From Oikopleura dioica (lineage: Eukaryota; Animalia; Chordata), in contig OU015568.1 in assembly GCA_907165135.1 (NCBI GenBank), positions 248,001 through 312,000 on the forward strand: 64,000 bases of DNA, given 5' to 3'. Of this stretch, positions 23,808 to 34,851 are shown one piece after another (position 1 is the first letter of the stretch; every line of letters begins with the position of its first letter). A program made the position numbers and the translations under genes. The notes beneath the pieces are model-generated. The model was not told where the DNA came from. It worked only from the letters and a program-made list of their open reading frames with translations, and did not search any database.

Positions 23808-24900
23808 TAGGCCCAGAAGACCAAATCCCTATCGAAGCTCCCAGCCCCTTATTTGCATCCATCGCCGAAGACCTGAAATCCTCTTCCCTCGACCCTCCAT
23901 CTTTCCAACCAGTCGAAGCTCGTCAAGGAGTCCCAATCTTCAACAATTTCAACCCCATCGAAGCGCTGCTACAAATCAACGACCAAAAACCAGCAAAACA
24001 GCCAAATTTGAACGTCATCAACGATGATTCTTTCAACAAATTTCAGCAAATTTCATCGATGATGAGCGCGATTTTGAGCGACGCGGGGATCGGAAATACG
24101 GCGCCAGAAGAAGCTGCTGAAGAATCTGAAGAATCAGAAGAATCAGAAGAGCCAGCAGAGCCAGAAAATGAAAATTCTAGAGCGGCGATTATCCCTTCTG
24201 CTTCGCAATGGCCGCTGGTTGCTTTTAGCTTTGAGAATGCGTTTTTAAGACAGTAAGTTTAATTCTCTTTCCTTGAAGATTTTTCATGGTGAAAACCTCT
24301 AATAACTCCAAAAAAAAACAAAAATGTTATAGAACTTGTCCTCAAATCTACGACGATGAAGCTGAAATGCCGGCCGCTGAGACCCAACTCGACGGAATCA
24401 TCAATCAGTACTGCTCGATGATTTCGAACATTATCAACCTCAAAAACGACCAGTTGAATTCGATGGTAGCGCAGTTGAGGCGATTTGTGCTGAAAAAGAT
24501 GGTTTTTCAGTTGGCGAGTATTTGACTGTTTTTTGTTTCTTCGAATGAATGATTCTTTGTCTTTGTAAAATATTTCTAAATGAATAAATGATGGAAATTT
24601 CAAAAAAAAGTAGAATTGAATTCTTTTTTCTTATCAAAATTCAACTGATGCCAGTGATTTGCTCTTTCCGAAGCCGCGTTATCTGCATTTGCGTTTGGGC
24701 GATTCTAGAGTGTTATCAGTCAACAAGAAAATTACGCGTTTGGAAGAGCGTGGGAGCCAAAGTACTGGGCATTCCGAGGTCAGGATGTTCGTAAGAATGA
24801 ACGGCGCCCTCCCTTCTTTTCCGCAAAACACTCAAGCCACTACCAACCGGTGCATAAGGCATAATACGCAATGCGACTCTTTCTGGAACGTGCTCAATTA
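23808..24900 (+). CDS. Unknown protein with acidic low-complexity region (partial model)
   Basis: Open exon 23808-24256 (PEDQIPIEAPSP...EESEESEESEEP) and a further exon-like segment at 24333-24518. Confidence 0.4.
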
Positions 24901-25496
24901 ATTTTTTAGGAAGTATTTTGAATCGAAAAAAAAACAAGAAAAAAAGAGATGAGAATAAAAAGAGATTGTTACGACGAAAAAAGCATAAACGAAATTAGTA
25001 TAGATAAATAGTATTTATAACTTAAAAAGCCATAATTTTAACGCAAAAAAGGAATGAACATTTCTCATTTTGAAAATTTATTTAAACAAAAAATTTTAAT
25101 CAAAATTTTGGGTGGCGTCAGGAACCGACAAAAAATTTCGACAAATTTCCAGCGGGCGGCTGGTTTGCCGCTGATTTGCCGGTTAGCCGAATCCATGCTT
25201 CTGATTGGTTGAAAATTTTCACGCAAAAATTTTCGAAATTATATTGCGGGTTTTTGACACCTTCTTCCATTTCGATCGAAATTTTGAGAATTTTCTGACA
25301 AATCAGATTTCCGTATAATGCCGATAGGCCAATCAGATTCCGGAAAAAAATTCTTAAAATTCATTCAGAATTTTATCATTCAGAATCAAATTATTGGCCG
25401 AAAATGTTCGATTCCCATCAAAATAAATAACTAAGGGTCTCACTCTCTTAAATTGGCTAAACTACTATGAAAAGAATTTGAGTACGAAAAAAGTCG

Positions 25497-28400
25497 TTGC
25501 CTATTTTGGCCAAAGCGGGATTTCTCGGAACTGAGTCCTGCGCAGTCGAGCCGGATTGGGATGAACAGGGGCGTATTATAGGAACGGTGTCATTTTTCTC
25601 GGCAAAAAGTGCTTTTTTCTGGCGGAAGTTGATACCTAAAATGAAAGGTGGCCAAGATGCAGATGCGCTCACGTGGAGATGGATGGCTCTTATGCCGAGA
25701 ATCGGATGCGGCGGAACGATCATTTCGGACCAAGTTATTTTGACGGCAGCGCATTGCTGTGATGGCGATGATCCCTTAGGAACACGTTTTTATAAATAAG
25801 ATGTCATATTTTTGTCGTTTGAGAAATGTCGCTCTGCGTCGCTTTCCCGAATTTTTTGTCAAAAATTTGTCACAATCTTTGTCGCCCTTGATCTTAAAAA
25901 ATCATACTCCAAGATTGACTTTTCAAATAATCTGAAAAACGTGCTGCAGCGGAGTACGAAGTAATGGTCGGCTCCCACGATTCGAGCATTTTCTACAACG
26001 ATGCTTACACGGTAAACAAGCGATTAATTCAGCAAAAATACGTTTTCTATTTTGGCAGCAACGAATCCCCGTTTTCAAAAAAATCTACCACGAAGATTTC
26101 GTTTCGGTCGACTCTTCCGCTGGACTAACCACTGACAACGACGTTTGCCTGCTTTTCTTGTCGAGGCCGATTGAGTGGAATGTCGCCACGGCGCCTGCTT
26201 GCCTCCCAGAGCCCGGGGATGAGCCTGTGGAGGGAGAAAGGTGCTTTACTGCTGGATGGGGGCTCACTTTCCCCGGCCAGGGGTCGATGCAGCCGAATTT
26301 GAAGGAAACTTATGCGGATATTATTCCCTCAGGAAAGGGCTGAAAAATGGCAACCTGTGTAATAAACCTGGGTCAGTTTTTAAAATAAATTTGGTCTTAG
26401 AAAAGTGACATTTTAAATCCTCACTTCCTGAAAAGAATCTCAGCCCTTTTGAGCCACCTGCCAGGCTGGAATCGACAACCAAGCCACCGACTACTTCCAC
26501 ACAATCAACGACGAAACCCAAGTCTGCGCCGGCGAGCTCGATGGCTCGACAATGGCTTGCAATGGCGACTCCGGAGGGCCACTTGTTTGCATGCGAGGAA
26601 ATCAACCCTTTGTTTATGGAATCACTTCTTGGGCGATTCCGGGTTGCTCGTATGCAGATACTGCGCCGCTTTTCGCTAGAGTCGGCCATTTCCGAGACTG
26701 GATAAATGAAAAAGCGCAAGAGTTTTTCAACCGACAGCCGTACCCAGTCGATGAAGAAGGCTGCGTAATCGGAGCCGATCGAGAAAGCGCTCCAGTAACA
26801 GAAACCGAGTCTTCCGGGGATGGAAGATCTTTCGATGGCTCTGGAGACGGGGAAGAATCAACTTGTCCCGATGTGGATGAGTGCCCACTTGGGCCACCTG
26901 GATGGGGCGAGACTGGAGGATCTTACACTTGTGATTCAAATGACAATTGCGAGTATTTCTGCGGAGATGGCGGCGAAACAGGAATGAGTTATAATTATTA
27001 TTTCATATTGAATCCAAATAGTGAAAATGAAAATACCTAATGTTAATTAGTCGAGAAGAAATGAAAATATTTATGAATTCGGGTATAGAAAATTTTGAAA
27101 GTCATGTGGGGCTTTTTTCGCGAACAAAGCCGCGCGCGGCTTTATCAAACTACTGCAGCTTTAATTGAAGCTTTTAGATATTCGGAATATCATATTCCCT
27201 CCTCATTGCAACTCTAGAAAGGCATCATAACAAAATGCAGAAACGGGCGTTGGACAGACCCCGACATGGCAAAAGTGCGCCGCTCAAATTGCCACGTTTG
27301 CGATCCCGATAACATGCCGTGGAGCTACTCGCCAAGTGGGTACTTTGTTGGCGCCGATGGACCCGGAAGTTGGGACTGCACCTGGTCCGCCAATCGAGTT
27401 CTCTTCTGCGACGCTACTTGTGAAAGTAGGGATGTCGATTTGGTCATTGCTTGCAACAGAAACGTCGGGACCGGAAACTGGTTCAAAGCTGGGCTCGGCA
27501 ATCTGTGTAGAAACCTGACTCAGGGTCAGTAAGACATTGAAAGGGAAAGGTTTTTGCTTCATTTTTCAGGACCCTGACTCAGGTTTCTACACAGATTGCC
27601 GAGCCCTGATCCAAAGTCAGTGGAGATGATGATGCCCATTGCCATCCAATCACGACTCTGCCTCCGACAACATCGACTTATGTTCCTGATGATGATGGAT
27701 TCTGTGACTTGGAAATTCCGCAATGGGAAAACTTTCTCGGAGGAAATTGGGTTTGCGATAGAGACGATGCGAGTGAGAATACAAAGTGTGATTGGATTTG
27801 CCCAGATGGGATGCAGATCAAAAATGTAAGACAAAATAAATCTCCAGTTTTATTTCTGAATTCTTTCAGGATCACAGCACAAAGTGCGTTTGCGAAGGGC
27901 GCCGCTGCGACTGGCAGGAACCATCTCAGTTCGCCATCAATCGCGCGAGCTGTCTAAGGTGCAATCCTTGGGAGCTTGAAATCGACGATTTTTACAAACA
28001 AAACGGCTTCATCTGCACTCGAAGAAAGTCGAAAATCACTTGCAAGTTGAATTGCGAGCACGATAGAAATGGGCGGCCGTTCGAAGCTGTCTGCGATCGA
28101 GCTGCCTTCTTTGCCACCTGGAATATGAAAGGAAACTTGCCGAATTCTTGTGAACAAGTCCAGGAGCCAACAACGACCACGCTCGAACCAACCACGACGA
28201 CGACTACCACAACGACAACTTCGACCACAACAACGACAGAACCTGAAGGATCTGGAGAAGGATCGGGAGAAGAGCCTGAAACGACCGTTGTTTCAACAAC
28301 CTCTTCAACAACACCGTTTACCACAAGTACTTCTGTTTCCAGTACGATATCCTCCACAACAACACCAGGAGAGGGCTCGCCAATTTAACCATACACCTGA

Positions 28401-30951
28401 GTCAGGGTCTCGAAGGAAATATTATGAAGAACTTCTCTGAAAACAAAGCCCCAATAACTATCTTAATTCACCCTCATATTTTTCAATTGCCATAAAAGCT
28501 CCTTCAGGGCTCTGAGTCAGGTATTTTTCGCAAGTCTTTGACCCACCAACAGGATCGACAACATCTTCATCGTCATCATCAACCACAACTCCACCAACCA
28601 CCTCAACGAGTACAACAACAACAACAACAACAACGACGACAACAACGACAACCACTACAACCACTACAACAACGACGACATCAACAACTTCCCCGCCAGA
28701 AGGTTCGGGCGAAGGCTCCGGCGAAGGCTCTGGCGAAGGCTCCGGCTGGGTGGATCCTGACGCAGTTTGCGGTCCGCTTCCGACTCATTTGTGGCCTCAG
28801 CTCGAAGGAGGGACCTGGCTCTGCGAAAACCTTTGGGGAGATGATTATGAAGGCCAAAGATGCGAGTATCATTGCCCAGATGGAATGCTGATTCATAACG
28901 ATCTCCATACAAAGTGGGAAAACCCCTAAATTGAATCCTTTGTCATTCCATTTTTTAGATGCTTATGCTACCAAGGCGACTGCTACTGGAAAGAAATCTC
29001 TTCCTCGATTCTTTCAATGGGAAATTGCAATCGTTGCGACCCGAACGACCTGCCAATCGATGGTTAGCTCAATCGGAAACCATCCCTTATTTTGTATTTA
29101 GATGAGTTCAAGCAACACGGATTTATCTGCTCGAACAAGCGAGATAAAGTGACCTGCGAGCTGAATTGTTCCGATAGCGCGGAATTGGCCAAGCCCTTCC
29201 GAGCGGACTGCAGAAGACAAAATGTTTCGAACACGTGGAATCAAAAGGGAAAATTGCCAGACTCCTGCCCTTTCCCACTCATTCCGATTTCTACAACTCC
29301 TGCGATGACCACTCCAACAACAACATCTACGACGATAACAACAACTAGTACAACTTCAACCACAACATCGACAACGACCACTACAAGCACCACAACGACT
29401 TCCACGACAACGTCGACAACAACCAGTACCACAAGGAGGGTTCTAAATGAAGTTAAAAAGCCCGAATTAATATAATGATAGCGTTATTTTCTTTCACAGA
29501 ATCGATTTTTCCTTACCCGACCCTGCATTTTTCTTTCGAGGATTTTTTTTTATAAATTAGTAAAAGAAATACGAACCCTGACCTAAAGTACGACAACGTC
29601 AACAACGACGTCAACAACTACATCTACAACTAAAACATCGACAACAACGACCACTTCTACAACGACATCAACAACGACAACAACCACCACTACAACAACA
29701 ACGACGACAACCACTTCAACAACAACAACTACAACAACCACGACAACGACGACGACAACAACCACGACAACGACGACGACAACAACAACGACAACCACAA
29801 CCACAACAACGACCACCACTACAACGACCACCACTACAACAACCACGACAACGACTACGACAACAACCACGACGACGACAACAACCACGACGACCACTAC
29901 AACGACAACCACTTCAACAACCACGACAACGACCACGACAACAACAACATCGACCACGTCAACAACTACGACTACGACCACGACAACAACCACGACAACC
30001 AGTACAACAACAACGACGACTACGACCTCGACAACAACCATAACAACCACTACAACAACAACCACCACAACAACAACCACCACAACTTCCACGACATCTA
30101 CAACTACGACTTCAACGACAACTTCAACAACGACTACAACTACGACTACAACTACCACAACGACTACAACTACAACCACGACGACAACAACATCAACCAC
30201 AACTCCACCTGAAACAACAACGCCAGAAGGCTCTGGCGAATTCGACATTTGTGATGTCCGCGCAATTCCAGAGGAATTCGAAGGGCCCGGAACTTATTTC
30301 TGGTCCTGCGTCACCAAAAAGAAGAAAACAACCTGCTCGATGCATTGCGATGGCGCCTCCAAGCCGGATAAATATGGAGTCGTTTGCAATTCTGACTTCG
30401 ATTCTTGGGCGCTTGCGAAAAACAAGCACGTGCCAAATTGCGGCTGGACACCTCCGCCTGGCGAACTGCCCTCGCAGTGTGGATTGGAGACGATTCCAGA
30501 GCAATATGTCTCTCCTGGTGATTTTGAATGGGCCTGCTCAGTTGACAGCAAGGGAACTACAGTAACTTGCTCGGTTGATTGCCTTGTTGGCACCACAAAT
30601 GCCTTCGGAATAAAATGCCAAACAAAAAAGGCCGGAAAGTGGAAACCTCTGAGCAAATCGAACTCGACTCCTCCACTTTGCGGCGCCGCACCTCCGCCAG
30701 GACCGTGCGACTCAAGCACCATTCCGGCTGAATTCAACAGCGCCGGCGATTTCGAGTGGGATTGCGACGAAAGCTCAAAAAAATCAACTTGTTTCGTGAA
30801 GTGCGCTGGGGCTTCAAGGTACACGAGTGGTCTTAGTCAACATTAAAGACAATTTTTCTTTAGATCTTCTTTCGGAGTTAAATGCGTGACAAAAAAGGCT
30901 GGTCAGTGGAAACTTAATTCGAAGAAAAATAAAATTCCTCCTTCCTGCTAA
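25497..30951 (+). CDS. Mosaic S1 serine protease + nine 6-Cys sushi-like modules + Ser-Gly motifs + Thr-rich mucin tracts
   Basis: R|IIGG activation site, TAAHC, DNDVCL, ACNGDSGGP. Repeated C..W.C..C..C..C..W..C modules, EGSGEGSGE motifs and Thr runs. Stop TAA at 30949-30951. The true start and signal peptide were not located. Confidence 0.88.
26337..26447. mobile_element. Decayed MITE-A filling a GA-AG intron (26333-26453)
   Basis: Terminal inverted repeat AAAGGGCTGA/TCAGCCCTTT and internal GGCAACCTGTGTAATAAACCTGGGTCAG. Confidence 0.65.
27492..27605. mobile_element. Young MITE-A copy with near-perfect ~37-bp TIRs and CTG direct repeats
   Basis: CTG|GGCTCGGCAATCTGTGTAGAAACCTGACTCAGGGTC ... 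GACCCTGACTCAGGTTTCTACACAGATTGCCGAGCC|CTG. Confidence 0.93.
28373..28544. mobile_element. Decayed MITE-A filling a GA-AG intron (28369-28552)
   Basis: GGGCTCGCCAAT...ACCTGAGTCAGGGTC on the left and CTGAGTCAGGTATTTTTCGCAAGTCTTTGACCC on the right. Confidence 0.7.
29589..30215 (+). repeat. Coding ACN-codon low-complexity tract (~200 residues, mostly Thr, mucin-like)
   Basis: In-frame ACA/ACG/ACC/ACT run between a splice acceptor and PPETTTPEGSGE. Shorter tracts at ~28170-28365, 28553-28700 and 29320-29435. Confidence 0.95.
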
Positions 30952-31382
30952 TTTATTGACTATTTGAGAATAAAACTGAGATCTCAAGTCTCTTTTTATC
31001 GCATGTATCAAGACAAAATACCGCACCTGTGTTCTGGTTCAAGTGTTTCTGTCAGTAAATCGATGATTTTGCTTAATTTTTTTCTCGTGAGAGTCTATAT
31101 TTCAGCTAAGTTTTTATTACATTTTCTATATTTTCAGCGTTCATAAAAGCAACATTCTTCATTTTTATTCTTCACAAATCTTCGCAATCTTACCCTCCCT
31201 TATCAATTGATCGAAAAACGTAATTCGCTTTCTTCTGGCGCTCCATTACATCTGCCCGCGAAAGTGAATTATGTTTTTATGTTTTCAATCTTTGCCTTCA
31301 TTCGAAATTGTCCACTCTAGGTGAGAAACTGTTTTTCCTGCTTTTTGAACTTTCATTTAAATCTGTACTTGGGGCTGACGAA

Positions 31383-32200
31383 CTAGGGTCGGCACCGACC
31401 ACCGACCAAAACCCGACCAGGTCGGGTTTGGTCGGGTTGATTTGAGTTCCGACCAACTCAGCCTGAGATTTTTTTTCTTAATTTGGTCGGTGGTCGGATT
31501 TGGTCGGTCAATGGTCGGTTTTTGGTCGGTTTTGGTCGGTCGGTGAGTGTTTTTTGGTCGGGTTGGTCGGTTATTGGTCGAAAACCTACGCATTTTCCCC
31601 CGTGAGAAAATTAACCATTCTGAAACTTTTACTGATGAATCAGAGGCTCTGATTCAGAGCAAAGAGCCAATCACAATCGATAATTTCTTTGTCGAAATAT
31701 CCACTTCGCCTCTCCGAGAATATTTTCTTCACTTTTTCTTGAAGATGGAGAATCTTCGCAGTTGTATCCAGGAATGGTACGATGTCCAAGAATATTCTAG
31801 AGAAGATCAAGCGAATATAAAGAAAATCCTCGCTGGACAGAGAAAAGGAGATTGGAGGCTGCTGTTTCTCGAGCTCAGAACTGGAGCGATTGTTCTCATT
31901 CCTCAGCGGACACAAGAGAAAAGATCGGCGAAGACTCCGCGCTACAACTCTTGAAAATCTTGCCATTCAAGGCGCACCAACTGCCACAATAAAATGCCTC
32001 GAGCGCTCCTAAATTGAAAAAAAAATCATTTTTTATTGTCTAAAAACCGACCCGACCCGACCAAAATCCGACCACCGACCGACCAAAAACCGACCAAAAA
32101 ATAAGGCGACCCGACCCACCAAAGCGACCAGGGATTTCGCCCAATTTCTGGGAGACCGACCAACCCGACCTGGGAAAATGGTGGTCGGTGCCGACCCTAG
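31383..32200 (+). mobile_element. Internally deleted hAT transposon
   Basis: 8-bp TSD CTGACGAA (31375-31382 and 32201-32208); 21-bp TIR CTAGGGTCGGCACCGACCACC; GGTCG/CGACC subterminal arrays; residual SSSELERLFS...RRRL...LENL dimerisation motif at ~31868-31970. Confidence 0.92.
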
Positions 32201-32266
32201 CTGACGAAGACCTACTGAGGCCGAAACCCGCCCATAAAATAAATTTCAATCATCATTCATGAGAGG

Positions 32267-32555
32267 TCAACACCGACAATCTATACAACTTTTGCTTTGA
32301 TTCTCTTTTTTTTTGCTCCCGTTTCTCCAGAATTTTCGTAAGTTCCTCGATTCACGCTTTTGACAGGACATTTTTGCCCCTTCTTTCTCAGCTTTCGCTT
32401 TGTCCTCTATTTCCTTCAACTTCGCAAGCGTCTTTTCATGCTTCCTTTGAAAGAAGTCAAGCTGCATTCTCTGATTTTTTATTTTTGTCTTCTGTATTTG
32501 GTCCATTTTTGGAACTTAGGCAATTCTAGGGCGGTCTTCAAAAAAATTCTCATGA
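32267..32555 (-). CDS. Short coiled-coil gene or fragment related to the 57606-59009 gene
   Basis: KTKIKNQRMQLDFFQRK resembles KTKINIQRMHLDSLQKK and KTQLNNQRMDLLSLQKK. Confidence 0.45.
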
Positions 32556-33130
32556 GAAATATAAAAATAGTGAAATAGATAAATTTCCAGAACTCTTATT
32601 CATGCGCAACTCACAAAAAGATATCTGCAAAATTCTCCCTCTGATTTTTTTGCGAATATAGGGTTCCTATTCCACGCTGTCCGGCTTCGGAAAGATCTGG
32701 AGAATTTCTCGATCGCTGATTTGAGAAACATTTTTCGATAATTCATGATTCATGAAATAGAAGTTCGAAATTCGGTGGAGCAAAATTGTGAGCTCTGTTG
32801 GACTTTCATAACTACCTCAACCTCATTTTATCTACTCAATTTTACAGCATTTTAGGGAAGCAAACATCAGATGAGTTTTGCCGTTAATGAAAGTAAGCGA
32901 TGCTCAATAGTTGTCCTTTCAAACAAACTTTTAATATGGCATTTGTTTTGTCTCTTCAAGATCTGAATATCTTGTTGAGTAAACAAACGTTATTAATTAT
33001 TTCTGGTGAAGTCACGTGAATGATTGCAAATTAAAACAAACGACAACGGCATTTTATATCTATTGTTGATTTATTAAATTCAAATAGATAAAAAGTCCCA
33101 TCTTCAGAGATGAAAGATGAAGAAAAGACA

Positions 33131-34330
33131 TTAGCGGCCAAACCAGAAAGGGGTGGACATGGTGGTTTGATACCAGGTTGTCGTTGCAAATTCTCCAGCG
33201 GAGCAGAATGCAAGATATTGATTATTACAGGGATAATCATCGTTGCCATAGAAGCCGATGTCAGCTCTGAAAGCGAACATCCCGCAATTGCCATTGTTAT
33301 AGACATGGTTGCGCCATGCGCGATACCAAGTCTGATCTGATGGATCAAGACCAACCATGAGTGCTGCCTCCATCTTGGTGAAAAGTTTTCGAGTGAAAAT
33401 AAAAAATCACCTTACCGTTGCCCAGTCGTTGGGATTTAAACTCCTATCTGGGAAAGTAGCAAGTTCCATGCCTATGCCGAGGCAGTACGCGATTGCTTCA
33501 GAGAAGGTCATAGTCGCATCTGATTTACGATAAATTCGTGGTTCTGCAGTTGTTGGTGGTTCAGTTCAGAGCTATAATTTCTGAGCGCACTTGGTCAGGC
33601 AAGCTCCTGGTTTCAATGCCAAATTTATTCAAATCAATTAATAAAAGGCTAAAAAGAATCGAGGATACTAACACCGTGATGCTACTTAAAAGAAGTCGAA
33701 CTTGACTAAATTCGTTTCGAGCTCGGCTTTGCTAAGATAGCTCAACGCAAAAAAGATTCACGCAAAAATTATAACTCTGGTTCTGTTGGCGGCTCCGTTG
33801 GCGGCTCAGTTGGAGGCTCCGTTGGAGGATCAGTTGGAGGCTCGGTTGGAGGCTCAGTTGGCGGCTCAGTTGGGGCTATAGGTAGGTTGCACTGGAGTTG
33901 TTTAAACTTTTTATTGAAAAGCATCGATCGCTGTCTTTGGATGAGTCGCAAGGTCTTGTTCGGAGAAATTACATTTTCGTTGCAAGTATAAGCCTGGTGA
34001 TAGCTTATTATAGAAGCGAAGAAATTGTTCAGAGAATGACAGATACTCTCGCTGTCGTAGTAAGGGGGAAGGAACTCGTTTGGGTCCCCCGAACCTGCAA
34101 AATCGGTGCATGAATCTTCGACCCGCCCGGGCAGGTAGCTGACTTTGTTGAAAAAGTCTCTTAGTCGATTCGCTTTTTTCACTTCTGGAATATTCATATC
34201 GGAATATGTCGCGAGCAGTGCGTCGTAGAGAGCGTTGTAAGCATCGGTGATTTCGGTCCACGCATCCTCGGGAGCTTCCGCAGCAAGTGCACCTGCTGAC
34301 AAGATCGCCGGTAGGATCTTAATAAAGTTG
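33131..34330 (-). CDS. Secreted protein: helical Cys-containing N-domain, (TEPP)n linker, C-type lectin domain
   Basis: Leader ILPAILSAGALA; TEPP repeats; MTFSEAIAYC...MELATF and NCG...DDYPCNNQYLAFC lectin motifs; GT-AG introns. Confidence 0.75.
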
Positions 34331-34851
34331 AGCCCTAAAAAAGAATTATCTCTTTACCCTCATTCTCTTTCGAAAAAACTTTTAGTCGCTCTTTCGTGAT
34401 TAGTTTTTGAATGAACAAAGCATAAAGTTTCTCGCAAAGAAAGTGCGCCATCGCTTGGTGAACTCGAGAGTTTATCAGAGTTGATAACCCGAAACTGATG
34501 TTATGCTTATTGCCATTCATTTACTTTTTTGGACCTTCGTTGTTTTGCTATCACATAAAGTCTGAGCGCACTGTTTGTTATGATTCTCAAAGCTCTTGGT
34601 TTCTTTTTCATAAAAACAGACGCCACTTTTTACTTTTAGAGGACTAGCACAAAACAGAAAGCGACCATTCCTTAGAAATCGAGTTCATATTTTGTCTTGA
34701 TTCAATAAATTGCAGAGACAAAGAAGACGAATATGATTTTTATAATTGGTCATTTTTGGACATAATAGGATTCAAAATTTTGAGAAATTTTAGAAGCGTG
34801 TTTTTTTGTTATGAAGCAACTATTTATTTATCAGGAAGAAATCTCGAGCTG

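Noticed and set aside
25190-25400. Three CCAAT boxes upstream of the mosaic protease
   Set aside because: Short common motifs with the TSS unknown; could be TE-derived.
29583-30248. 221-aa poly-Val ORF on the minus strand (and similar ORFs at 27992, 28458, 29241)
   Set aside because: Antisense shadow of the Thr (ACN) tracts of the plus-strand gene.
31383-32200. GGTCG/CGACC arrays as CRISPR or satellite; 135-aa ORF as a captured host gene
   Set aside because: There are no unique spacers; TSD, TIRs and the ERLFS motif identify a hAT derivative.
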